64,000 bases of DNA from Curvularia clavata (taxonomy: Eukaryota): assembly GCA_023920165.1 (NCBI GenBank), contig CP089275.1, positions 3,224,001 to 3,288,000 on the forward strand. The letters run 5' to 3'. How positions within the stretch are numbered: the first letter of the stretch is position 1; each line of letters starts with the position of its first letter. The position numbers and the translations under genes are program-made. The notes beneath the pieces are model-generated. The model was not told the DNA's origin and ran no database searches. It was given only the letters and a program-made list of their open reading frames with translations. This document shows, piece by piece, positions 14,184-26,047 of the stretch.

Positions 14184-17100
14184 CTACATAAGCACTCCAA
14201 ATTTGGAGCGTGAAGATAGGTTAAGCTGGACATTACATATCCACACTCGTCCAGTTCCAACACCAATTACAATCGTCTCTCCTGACACTGCGGAGCATGC
14301 CGGTCGATACTCAGAGGGGAGCCATAATAGATTCTCCGAATTATATGTTATCCATACGCCATCTGCGCTTAAAGCTAAGCCTTGATATTGAGGACTCTGG
14401 AGTGCTGAATGGAAAGGTAATGGACTTGCAACGCGTGGAGGAACATTAATCTCGATAGTGCCAATATCCGTGTGAAGGGATGAGCTGAAGATGTCAAATG
14501 AGATGTGGTAGAGTCGCCTGCCAATACTAAGTGTCTGGAGACACTCACCACTACTCGCATCCCAGATCTTAACGGTGTTGTCGCTTGACCCAGATGCGAG
14601 CCGCGTCAAGTCGTGCGAGAAGGCAACTGACGAGACTGCGCCGCTATGCCCCTCTAGCGTCAACAGGCACTCGCCATTAGTCGTAGTATCCCAGATTTTC
14701 ACTGTTTTGTCGCTTGATCCAGATACAAGCCGCGTTGAGTTGTGTGAGAAAGCGACTGAGTTAACCCAATCGCTATGCCCCTCCAGCGTCAACAGACACT
14801 CACCACTGCTCACATTCCAGAGCTTAACCGTATTGTCGCCCGAGGTAGATGCGAGTCGCATCGAGTTATATGAGAAGGTGACTGACGAGACTACACTACT
14901 ATGCCCTTTAAGCGTTAATAGACACTTGCCACTATTCGCATCCCAGATCTTGACTGTATTGTCGCCTGATGCAGATGCGAGCCGCGCTGAGTCATGCGAG
15001 AAGGCGACTGACCAAATCCAATCGCTATGCCCCTCTAGCGTCGACAGGCACTTGCCATTGATCGTATCCCAGATTTTGACTGTTTTGTCACTTGATCCAG
15101 ATACGAGTCGCGTTAAGTCGTGCGAGAAGGCGACTAAGTTAACCCAGTCGCTATGCCCCTTAAGTGTCGACGGGCGCTCGTTACTATTCGCATCCCAGAT
15201 CTTGACTGTGTTGTCGCTTGACCCGGATACGAGCCACGTCGAGTCGTGCGAGAAGGCGACTGACCTAATCCAATCACCATGCCCCTCCAGCGTCGACAGG
15301 CACTCACCACTGCTCACATCCCAGATCTTAACGGTGTTGTCGTTCGATCCAGATGCGAGCCGCCCCGAGTCGTGCGAGAAGGCGACTGAGCCGACCCGAT
15401 AGCTATGCCCCTCTAGCGTTGACAGGCACTCGCCATTGGTCGTATCCCAGATTTTAATGGTGTTGTCGCTTGATCCAGATGCGAGCCGCCCCGAGTCATG
15501 CGAGAAGGCGACTGACCTGACCCGATGGCTATGCCCCTCCAGCGTCAATAGACACTCACCACTACTCGCATCCCAGATCTTAACAGTGTTGTCGCTTGAC
15601 CCAGATGCGAGCCGTGTCGAGTCGTGCGAGAAGGCAACTGACGAGACCGCGCCGCTATGCCTAAGCGTCAATAGGCACTCGCTACTATTCGTATCCCAGA
15701 TTTTCACTGTTTTATCACTTGACCCAGATACAAGCCGCGTTGAGTCGTGCGAGAAGACAACTGAGTTAACCCAATCGCTATGCCTAAGCGTTAATAGGCA
15801 CTCACTACTACCCATATCCCAGATCTTAGCGGTATTGTCGCTTGACCCAGATGCGAGCCGCGCTGAGTCGTGCGAGAAAGCTACTGAGAAGACTGCATCG
15901 ATATGGCCATCCAGCGTTGACAGACATTCGCCACTGCTTATATCCCAGATCTTGACTGTATTGTCGCTTGATCCAGATGCGAGCCGCCCCGAGTCATGCG
16001 AGAAGGCGACTGACCTGACCCGATGGCTATGCCCTTCAAGTGTCTGGAAGCAGGCGCTCCATTGATCTTCTATACTCGGCTTTATCGTAATCCACTGTGA
16101 TTCTCTTTCCTCGAAATGACTCCTCACTAAGCTGCCTGCCGGGCTGAACACAAGTGCGGATACATATGCCTGCAGAGGACTGTTCTCTATCGCCCACTTA
16201 TGAGCCATAATGAATCGGCGCGCATCTCGAACCAACGCAATCAGCTTAGTTGCATCTGCTTTTCCCTAAACTTGATTAGTACGCGCAATGCATGAGTAGC
16301 CCTGCGGATTGAAGGATTACATTAACTAACGCTTCAAGTTTTGCCATTGAGATTACTCCTTTCGGCATGCTTTTGCACAAGCTAAGAGCCTCAAGCCAGT
16401 AAAGGTATTTCTTCCTTAAAAATTCGTGAACAGGGCCCCCATCTTGCAGATCGACCGAGGAATTCGCAGAAGAACTGAAGCTGCAGTCACAAAGGTGATC
16501 GATCCAGTAGATGCACGAATAACGTGACGCCGCTAAAGGGTCTGGATCTGGCGGTTCCACTTGCTCCGCAGGATACCCTGGCGCATGCAAGCTGTACATG
16601 TCCCGTTGGAGCGTCTTAGACATGGCTTGGAGCGATTTCAAGACGATAGAATGGTGAACATCCTCAACCCCACACGGCAAGATGGTACGGCTTGCTTCAC
16701 TAGACAGAAAGTCTCGAGCTGACTGATGGATGATGTAGACACTGCCTTCTTGTATCGTGAGGAATGAGCCACACATCTTTACAATCGCAGTAACGGCTTC
16801 ATTTACATTCCGGGCCTGGGTGGGCAAGCCGGATAAACTATGCAGCTCTTGCAGGCGTAGCGGACGGTAAGCTACAATGACAGTAGAGAGAACTCGCCGA
16901 CAAAGTTCTGGATATTGACGCTGCAACTGTTCGATTTGCTTCAACATCCGACGATATAGGTCTTTCAGCTGTGTTGGCACTTCTTCAAGAACTTGTAACA
17001 CCTCCCAAGCCATCACCTCCTTCAGCTCTTTAACGACAAGAGACACCCAGAGAAAAGTGCCACTAGCCTTTTGTTGCATTTTGTCCCGCACCGACTCTCG

Positions 17101-18869
17101 GAGAATGTTGTCGTGTTGAATTTCTGGTAGTTCCGAAAGGCAATGGTCGATATACGCATCGACGGCACGGGATACTTGCGCCGCGTTTTGTTTAAGCTCT
17201 AGACTTAGCCTGGTTCCGGAATCGTCAAGTTGCAGTCTCTGCTCAATAAAAGCCTCGTTGCGGCTAGCAACTATCCACTTAACACGAGGAAATATAGACG
17301 ACTTCTGCACAATGAAGTCTAAGAGTTTCGGCAAGTCCATTACGCACTCGTCAAGTGCATCAATGATCAAATACGTGGTCTTTAAGCTCGGGTCTTGCAG
17401 AATATTTGTGAAGATTTCCAACAAGGCAAACCAAGCATTCGCATCCTCAAAGAGCGCTTTGCCTGCGTGGTCGTGCTTCTTCCGTATGTGCGAGACGAGC
17501 GATGGTTGCTGATTAACAAGCATGTACAACAGACCTCGTAACACGGCTGTAGCGCTGTTGATGCGCGAGTCGGTTGCCTGACAGAAAAAGTACGACAGAA
17601 GGCTTGATGCGCCGATCGAACTCTGTAGTTCGTCGACAATCCCACATATCAGCATCGTCTTCCCTTTGCCAGGATCCGCCTTGACCCACAACAGTCGGTT
17701 CTGTGGTCTATCGCGCCATTGTTGGAAGTCCGGGTTGTCGAGAACCCAGCGGTATGAGTCCTTTAGTAGTCCGCCTTTAGTCTCCTCAATACGCCTCTTG
17801 TCGTCGCGAGGATCGGTAAGGCGCAAGTCCGCTAGGCACTTGTTGTCCGCGCTTGTCTCGTGCATCCTCTCCTGCTGCTTGGTCTGCTCCCGAATGGCTG
17901 AGCCAATGCTGTCCAGCTTAACATTCTGAGACTTGGCCGTTTCAGCAATCGCGCCGAGCCGAGTCCGGATCGAGAGCGTGTTGTACTGCGCTGAGTCCGC
18001 CTGCACTGCCACCTCGGCTGCTTGTATGTCGCTTAGCTCGCCATCCCAATTATCCAACTTAATAAGGTCTCGTGCGAACACAGAAAGCCGTCTACGGTGG
18101 TAGTAGCACACGCTCTTCATCTGGTAGAGCAGCAGCTTTGTATAGAGCTGGATAACGACCTTCTCGAGCTCATCGCGCAGGCCTGAAGAATGCGCCTCGG
18201 TCATGTTCTCGTCTAACAAGAGGCTCGAAAGGTTCCAGTACCAGTCCATCCTCGATACAACATAGGATATGCCTTGTCGGTTAGAGCTCGCCTGGGTGAG
18301 CGGGTTCATCAGAATCTTAGCCATGCATATTAGTACCAGATGATTGTATTAGTGGCAGCAGTACAAACCTCAAGCGCGAGGCAGACACCCACCCAGGCGA
18401 CAGCCGCTTCGGGCGATGCCTGGATCGCTTTGTCCACAACCTCTTTCACGGCCATGGCGGCCTGGATGCCGTCTTCCATCCCCTGCTTCATCTTGGCATC
18501 CTTCTCCGTTCTGCGTAGTCCATTCTGAACGAGCTGCTGCATCTGCATCCGCCTTTTACCTGCATCCTGTGCAATCTCGTTCTGCTGCGACGCGAGGTCT
18601 GCAGAGTGGTGGGGGTTGGAAGCGTCTGCATCTTGTTCGCTCAGCCGAGCAGACAAGATCTTTTCGTAGGCATCAACGGTGCTTGAACTGATTGCCTTCG
18701 CCTGATCGTATGCTTCGTTCCAGAGGCGTGCTGGTAGAATTGGCGGAGACGTGGCAGCATCAGGAGCGGCTGGTGCATGTGGGGTAATGGATGGCAAGGC
18801 TTCAACACGCGGGGATGTTGGCAGATCCTTTTGGCCAAATTTGGCCTTGAGACGGTTTCTCCAGGACAT
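14184..18869 (-). CDS. Fungal NLR of the HET-E/NWD family: NACHT_N N-terminal domain, NACHT, 12 high-internal-conservation WD40 repeats
   Basis: Exons 18869-18369, 18315-16321, 16265-14184. N-terminal LWNEAY...AAVAWVGVCLALE (NWD NACHT N-terminal type). CLADLRLTDPRDDKRRIEETKGGLL; P-loop ADPGKGKT; Walker B LIIDALDEC; YLYWLEALSL. WD40 unit GH...V.SVAFSHDS.RLASGSSDNTVKIWD. Confidence 0.95.
14530..16050 (-). repeat. Tandem array of 12 WD40-coding units (~126 bp; two units 123 bp, one 129 bp)
   Basis: Near-identical DNA units such as tcccagatcttgactgtattgtcgcttgatccagatgcgagccg recur with ~126-nt period. Confidence 0.93.
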
Positions 18870-19786
18870 AATAGATGGATCAAGTGGCAAACAGCTGTTG
18901 TGAGAGGGAGGAAATAGTGGATATATATTTCGAGGCTTTAAGGTAACGACAGGATTGTCATCCGCCGCTGTGGGCTCAGCCTCAAATGCTGCAAGTAAGC
19001 TAATACGCGAAATGCGGGATTGTTGGCCGCGGCACAAAAAGGCTAAAAGCAGTCTTAGTTGAGAGTGAACAATGAAGACATCGCAAGGCTCGAAGGACTC
19101 TTGCATTTTACTCTTGTTGCGGCGGCGAGAGGTGTAGGGCGCAAGTCATGCGACAGAACGACCAAACCTAGCATACTTTTGAAGTGAGGCATCTCAACAC
19201 TTTATCGCTTACTGCAAGATGGAAATTCGCCTCTGTTAAGGACAATGCGCTGCAATCGATGCAAGTGACAAGACCAACGAAAGAATATCCTAATCACGCC
19301 AGCAAGGAGGACGACCGACCCGCACCAGCCAAAGGGTTGCCATGAACGTCGGCACTGTTTGACGTTACGAAGAGACATAAGGGTAATTATCGATGACAAA
19401 GGACGGTATGCAGCCTTAGTAACCTACCAATTACAGCTACCATTAGATCTCTGCTCTACCCTAACCAGTGCTCACGAGAATCGACGATCCAAACTCCTCA
19501 TGTATCGGTCGCGATGTGCCTGAGAGCACGAGAGCGTGATGGGTCGGACAAGGGATCAACTGCCGGGTCTGCGGGGCTGTAGTGCGGTCTATCTCTATGG
19601 CGTGAAAGCTTTCGCGTTAGCTATGGTCGTGCGATGGCTAAATCAAAGGCTGGTTGCGGTTTCGCTACCAATTTTGTTTGTTGACACGAGCTATACGGCA
19701 GGGTCTTCAAAGCTAGCCCTGCTCCCAATTCGAGCCGCTTTTCGAGTATCCTAGAGCGCTTCATAGCTACACAGCCATAGATATAG

Positions 19787-20200
19787 TGTTAACAATACAT
19801 TATAGCTAAGCTACTTTAAGCTAGGTGGGCGGGCTCTCCTTGTCTGGCACTTCTAGCAGGCGGACTTGCAATTAGCATAGAAGCACAGCGGATCCTTAAG
19901 CTCAAGTGTAGTACTTGGGATAGAATAGTAATATAACAACCTATAAGCTAACAGACCTTCGATAAGATACACGAGCTTTCGATGCATCTAATACTAGCTA
20001 AGCGGGTCAGATCGCGCGATGCTTATAGCAAATTGTCGTATTAGACGGTAAGCCGAACCCATCTCCAAAAGACGTTGAGAGGAAATAGGCGCTATATTCT
20101 AGGCCTAGTATCCCGAGAATATTGTTTCTTTGACCTGTTGTTGAGTTTGTTATATTAGAGATTGTCTGTGGTGTCCCGTCACGCAGGGACGGATGTTACA
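19787..20200. mobile_element. Solo-LTR-like repeat (copy 2), 414 bp, TG...CA termini
   Basis: Begins TGTTAACA and ends TGTTACA. TpA-rich (RIP-like). Homologous in inverted orientation to 12934-13372. No clean target-site duplication seen. Confidence 0.72.
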
Positions 20201-21039
20201 CAGTGTCCTATAATATGGATTGCGAAGCTAGGAGGGTGCCTCGTTCGAATCGGGGTGCTGGAGCAACGATGCGCAGGAATTGAGATGATGGAGTGATTTT
20301 TGCAACTTTTTTTTTGGTTTGCGGTGGAAGCCACTTTACTATAAGGTCTAGTTGAGCCTCCATGCACACCCTGGTCTCTCTCTCAAGCCCCGCCAGGTCC
20401 TTTTTTTCCCGATCGACGTGCAGGATACGAGTTCCCTATGCGATAGCATGCATAAGGATGCATACTTCCTGAAGATGTTCGATTTGTTCATTGGATACCA
20501 CAAAGTCGTATTTATGTAACACGACATGTTACTGCTACAAATAATCGGAGACGAGCGGAGGAAGGTTGGCCTCGGCCTGCCTTGCTCCCTTCCCTCTTCG
20601 TATGCTCATTGTGAAGCATCGTGCCTACACAATGCTCGAATCCTTTCTCGTTGGAGTCTGCATACTTGTGATCATAATCCCACGTATCTTCACACATCAG
20701 CTCCGAGGACCGTCTATCTGAAGGAGAGCTGAAGCAGAAACACACCATGCCCTCGAAATACGTTACTGGAGCAGTGATGGTGCCAGACCAGCACACTGAC
20801 TACCGCGTCGACCGTCGGTTTGTTTCAACTTCTCACGCGGTCCATGCGACAATAGAGGAGGTCGCAGCCTTCACGAAACCAACCGAAGGGCTTATCTACA
20901 ACTCAAATAGTGGTAATTAAACATCGATACATTGAAGTTGATATGGTATACAATTGACGGCCTATCGCAGCCCTCCAAAGAAAACATTTCTAAGCAAATA
21001 TACAAGTACACGCCAAAGAATCCCGTCCTCCTTATCCAG

Positions 21040-21402
21040 CTACACCAAAGCCAACAGCAGACCTACAACCACCATGCCTTTGGTCTTCTCCAACCGTCCC
21101 GCGCTACCGGTTGAATTGCTCATCTGACCCATCGCACTTCCCGTCGACATTGCCATGCCACCAGACATTGTCATACCGCTCTTCATCATACTCATCGATC
21201 CCGATTGCATGGCGCCATTCATTTCCGAAGCTTGGGACGCCATTGATTTCGAAGTTGTGGAGGGGGCGTCATTCCATGCCATTGTGACGGGGCCCGCAGA
21301 TGGAGTCGGCATGGGCATCATGGAGGTTATCGATCCTGACGAGGCTGCCAAAGCAGCGGGGGCAAAGCCCAAGACGACGCTAGAGACGATGGAGAAGCGC
21401 AT
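21040..21402 (-). CDS. Small secreted Met/Ser-rich protein, probable GPI anchor
   Basis: 120 aa. Signal peptide MRFSIVSSVVLGFAPAALA; 18 Met. C-terminus NSTGSAGRLEKTK followed by hydrophobic GMVVVGLLLALV (omega-site-like small residues plus hydrophobic tail). Confidence 0.8.
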   Translation of the reverse strand: MRFSIVSSVVLGFAPAALAASSGSITSMMPMPTPSAGPVTMAWNDAPSTTSKSMASQASEMNGAMQSGSMSMMKSGMTMSGGMAMSTGSAMGQMSNSTGSAGRLEKTKGMVVVGLLLALV

Positions 21403-23731
21403 TGTGTATGTTTGAATTCGACCTGGTGTATCTTTTGCAGTGGGGTACAGATGTGGCTTGTTGTGAGGCTAGAACCAGATAGTGTATAGATATGTATATT
21501 ATTGAAGCTCAGCTCCTTCGTAGCACCGCGTATGAAAAAGAAGATGACGAAAGGGAAGAAGGAAACGTATTATGCTCTTCTCGACGCGAGAGCACCCCAA
21601 CACCTTCTTTATATACCCACCCTCGTGCGTTCCAGTCTATGACACGAGCAACATAACTTGTTTTGGTTCAAAACGCGTCGCACCCGTTATTGTGTCGCAT
21701 AGCTGGTACTCGCATTGCCCGCCCTCGGAACCTGCATGTTCCGTTTTGCTTTCATCACCAGTCCAGTGATAGCCCACGGTCCCAGAAGCGAAAAACAACG
21801 TTTCAACGCCACGGGCGCGGTAACGCCCCCTGGTTCGTGGTGACAAGTCTGGTAACAAAGGTGGGGGGATTTACGTAGGATGTTTGTTTCGGCTAGCGGC
21901 AAGGCAGTTCGAAAGCACTAGCGCGGCGGAAAGCTTTGGGGTTTGTGTATAGCCGAAACCTCGCGGGTTGAGCTTGTTCCGGAGTTTGTCGCAACCTCGC
22001 CTCTTCGGTGCATATTAGCATTCGGGCATGAAGATGGTTGGAGCTGGTATTTGGCCACTATTTATGCCGTCAGGCGATAATTCCTAGTTTAATGCATTTA
22101 TAGCTAGTAAACTTTCAAGTTAAACGTCAGCTTGCTGTTAAGTGGAAGACTTGGAAATGCGTTTGACCAGACCCGTCTGCCTAAGACGTTCACAGAACAG
22201 CGGTAGCACTGGTCCACCGGGTGGGCTGACAACTTAAATAAGCCTTGTGATACCCAGCTCAGCCGCCTGTATTTCCGGTCCCGTCTTTAATTTTGCGCTG
22301 TCTCTACTAGATTTATCTAGAGAACCGTCTCTGCCCGATCTACGCAATGTGCACGATGAGCGAGGCCGTTCTAGTAAAAGGAGACGAGCACAATTGCCTA
22401 AAGCGTGTCATTCGTGCATTATCGCGATTTGCCTGTCCACCTCCTGTTCTCGTTGGCTCTGACCAATTGCCTGGATCAGAAAGTTGGCAAGAACATGAGA
22501 CATGTGCGAGGACGGTTAGATTTCCTTCGGCTTGCCTTCTACTCCTGAGCCTGCTCTTTGGTCGTTATCTTGGTTGTGCATGTTCGGTGTCGTGTGGCTC
22601 CCGTTTTTTGCGTATTTGTTCTCAACTCTGATGTCTATCCTTCGGGTGTTAGTCATGCTATACTAGTCTGACTTACGATTACACTTCTACCTAGCTCTTC
22701 CTATCGTTTTGCTCTCGACAACTACCTTGGAAGTGTCAAGAACATCTGCCAATCCGATGGACATGAATAATCTTTGTGAATCACGGCAGTCTCTTAAGAT
22801 ATGCAATGTCATATCATTGTGTATATTTGCGCTCTTGAACCTTAATATGCAGAAAGCCTTTGGATCAATTCGTCTATTCAAGAATAAGACAAACAACTAT
22901 CTCATTGTCTACCTTGAAAGCACGCAATACTACTAGAAGTGCGCAATAATTGATCAATGGAGTACCAAGGGCCTCAGGGATCTGTTACGAACAAGAAAAG
23001 ACTGATGAGAATCACACGTTTGTAAGTAGTTCCGCTCGGATTGCGGCACAAGAGTGCTACACCGCAGCCCCGCAGATTCTTCTTAACCACGTCGCATGTC
23101 ACGTGACTGATCGTCCATGATCAGCTACCCGAGAAGCCGATCAAGAGCGATCGTACACGATTACCCTTTTCATTTAGCATGTAACAATAAGCATTAGTTC
23201 TCTAATGTTCATTGTATTCAACTTAAGTTACGATCATAAGTACAATACAAGTCGTTCGCAGACGCTATGTATACCACCCACGCCTATTGCTCTATACACG
23301 AAAGCCAACCTCAGGAGTCTTATATTAATTCCTCTCAATATCTTAGCCTTAGCAGAATCAGGCTGCGGTCACTCATAGCGTGCGCGGGACATTTGTTCCT
23401 ACAATGAGCGAGTTATTGCTCACGTGCAGGCCACTGCTCCGTTTGTACCGTCACAGCAGGAATGATAACAGGCCCAAGCACGCTACAGTTGGCCGCCTGC
23501 CTTCTCTTACATAACAACTGCTTGTACCCAACTCTTCTGTCCATCAACCATCCGGCAAACTGGGAAGACCTTCAAGAAGAATTTGTTCCGGCCAGAGACT
23601 ATCTTTGAAAGGTAAGTGCCATGAACTGTCCTGCTCGGTCGTCACATTTTGTTTAATTAATGAGTATTTCCCTTGTTTTCGAAATCAAAAGTTTCAAGAG
23701 CATTGTTAATAACAACAAGCAGGCGGCGGCC

Positions 23732-26047
23732 ATGGCGGCCGTGGCATACAATAATGCGTTTGGTCCTGGAGCGGTCAGTTGGAATATCGGGTTTCCAGAT
23801 GGCAATATCACTGCTCCAGAGATGATTGCGTATGTCCCCCATAACCTCAAGGGGATTGATTGGATCGACCGGTTGGTATCTCATGGAGCCAAGGCCTCTC
23901 ATATCGCGGCCATGATTAATGAGTTCAGAACTCTGCCTGGAAACCGGGTACACATGCCTAACTCAACGTTGATAATGATTTCCTACGCGATGCGGAGGGC
24001 TGGAAAACCCGGTTGGACCATCAGTACGCACTTGACCAAGTGGGCAACAAAAGTTTGGAGAGACGACGATCTCAATGTCGTAACCTTTCGGACTCCGAGG
24101 GAAACCCACCCAAAGACGATGAAAAGCACCGCCCCAGAGCACCTAGCTGCCAACCAGAAGGCGTTGCCGGTCCAGTTCAAGGACCTTGCTAGGGGGGTCA
24201 AGAAACATCCTTCAGATGCTGACGCGTTGGACCTGACACGCTGTGTCTTGTACGCCATCAAACATCCAGAAGAAGACTGGAAGTATCCAGACGACTTCAA
24301 GCGTCTGGTTAGCCAACTGGGTGGGCCTGCACGGGTCACTCACGCCCATTATGACCGGCAGGCGTTTGCTCGCCGCAATCACGTTAAGTTTTCGGCACCA
24401 CCACCGAAAAAGACAAAACGAAAGCGGGAATTGGAGGCTCAAGCAACTGGCAACCAGACTGCCACTGCTGACAAAAAGTCTAAAGCTTCTGAAAATTCTG
24501 GCAACACCATGACCAACTCCGAGAGCATGCGATGCAGCAGTCGTTTAGCGAAGAAAAAAGTCAGTTTCGCTGAAGAGTCTGATACAGACAAGAAGGTATG
24601 TAAAAAGATCAAGATACCCACAGCCTTTCAACTCTTCTCTTCGCCAAAGACCTCACTAACATTGTATCAAGGACAAAAAGCTCTCCAAATCGCCTGTAAA
24701 AATGTCCAAGCTCTCCAAAGGCCGTACTGTCAAGCCAGAACTTGTCAAGGCTAGCGACAACAGTTTTGTAGAGGACATAGGCAAGGAGGAGCGTAAAGAT
24801 CCGTCCGAGGACGAGATTCGCCGTCGTTCAGAAGGGCAAAGATCCTTTGCCGCCAACCGTTCTAGGAAGGACGGTGACAATGACGTCTACTTCAATCCTC
24901 ACTTCGGCTACAAGCCTGAATATTCGTCCGACACGAGACCAAGACAGAGTGGCCCGAAATACAGTTACGACGATGGCCTTCAGCATACCACCTATAAGCC
25001 TACTTGTCAGTACGGCTATGAGCCAACTCAGAGTCCTGACCAAGGCATCTTCGGGCCTAGCCTTAGTGCTTCCCCATATAATCGCGGGTCCCGTAATGGC
25101 ATTCAGCCGCAGTCTGACCCTGGAGCGGGTTTGGATGATGACAGGTTCAGCCAGGAAGCACGTCATGACAACAATCAGTTCGGATATGAACCAACTCAAG
25201 GTGCTCGCCGTTCCAACTTCTCTAGCCTTGGTACTCAGCAGTCTGCCTCTGTTGTAGGGCACAAGAAAACGCAGGTCAGCTTTGGACCCAGTAGTGAAAT
25301 TTCCCAGCTCTCGACTGGATGCAACAACGATGCCAACCTGGTTGAACTCCAAAATCAAGACGCTTTTGAGCTGTTCGGTCTCCAGGCCACCCATAATTAT
25401 CAGCAGTCTAGTTTTACTCCTGTTCAGGTTCGCCAGCAGCTCAACTCCACTCCTTTACATGGCCATCCTCAACCTCTGTTTGCCAGGTAAATACCTAACT
25501 CTATCTACAAGCTTTTCATCCAAACTGACGTCTCTCTCCAATTAGTGTCGCTCAAATCTTCGGTCATCCTAGGCCATACCCGCCTATGGAAGAGACTACC
25601 TGTCTTACCGACGAAGACTTTGAAGCCGCGAAGCACTACCGGGATGAGCATGACCCTCAAGTACTTCCTACCCCTATCCTCGACTGCGACCGTCCACGGA
25701 TAAATATGGCCAATGTTCATCTTTATGCCCGTCCTGGTCTAGTTTCAGACGTCGACATGTACCTGTCCGCTCATGACTACATGCGCTTCGGTGGTCCGCG
25801 TCTCTCCGCTCCCTACCGTGACCTGCACAACTTGGTCTTCCTCGATGCTACTGATGCCAGTGACTGGGCTGAGAACATTCGGTGGGCCAAGGAACAGTAC
25901 ATCGCATTTGGTAACGTCTGGTGTGAGGAAGCAAGTTCTCTCAAAAAGATTACTGTCCATCGTATGCGCGTTGGCTGGCAGAGTAAGGAGGCCAAGGCCT
26001 TCATCGCCGAATCCGAGAGGCAAATGCACGCTTATCTGCGCCGGTAG
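23732..26047 (+). CDS. Hypothetical protein: globular N-terminal domain, basic NLS-like segment, disordered middle, small C-terminal domain
   Basis: Exons ~23732-24595, 24672-25486, 25546-26047 join three ORFs in frame through GTATGT..AAG and GTAAAT..TAG introns. PPPKKTKRKR motif; C-terminal DWAENIRWAKEQY. The start could instead be 23660. Confidence 0.75.

Noticed and set aside
14530..16050. CRISPR-like regular repeat spacing
   Set aside because: In-frame coding tandem repeats in a eukaryotic gene, with no unique spacers or cas genes.
14575..16065. Long + strand repetitive ORFs (275 and 209 aa)
   Set aside because: Antisense shadows of the WD40 repeat array.
18870..19106. Upstream ATG extension of the NLR (MQESFEPC...)
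   Set aside because: Reads like 5' UTR or promoter sequence; the ATG at 18869 fits better. Not formally excluded.
12920..20215. Target-site duplication around the inverted repeat pair
   Set aside because: The outer flanks (aatcaatga / cagtgtcct) do not match, so an intact TIR transposon is not claimed.
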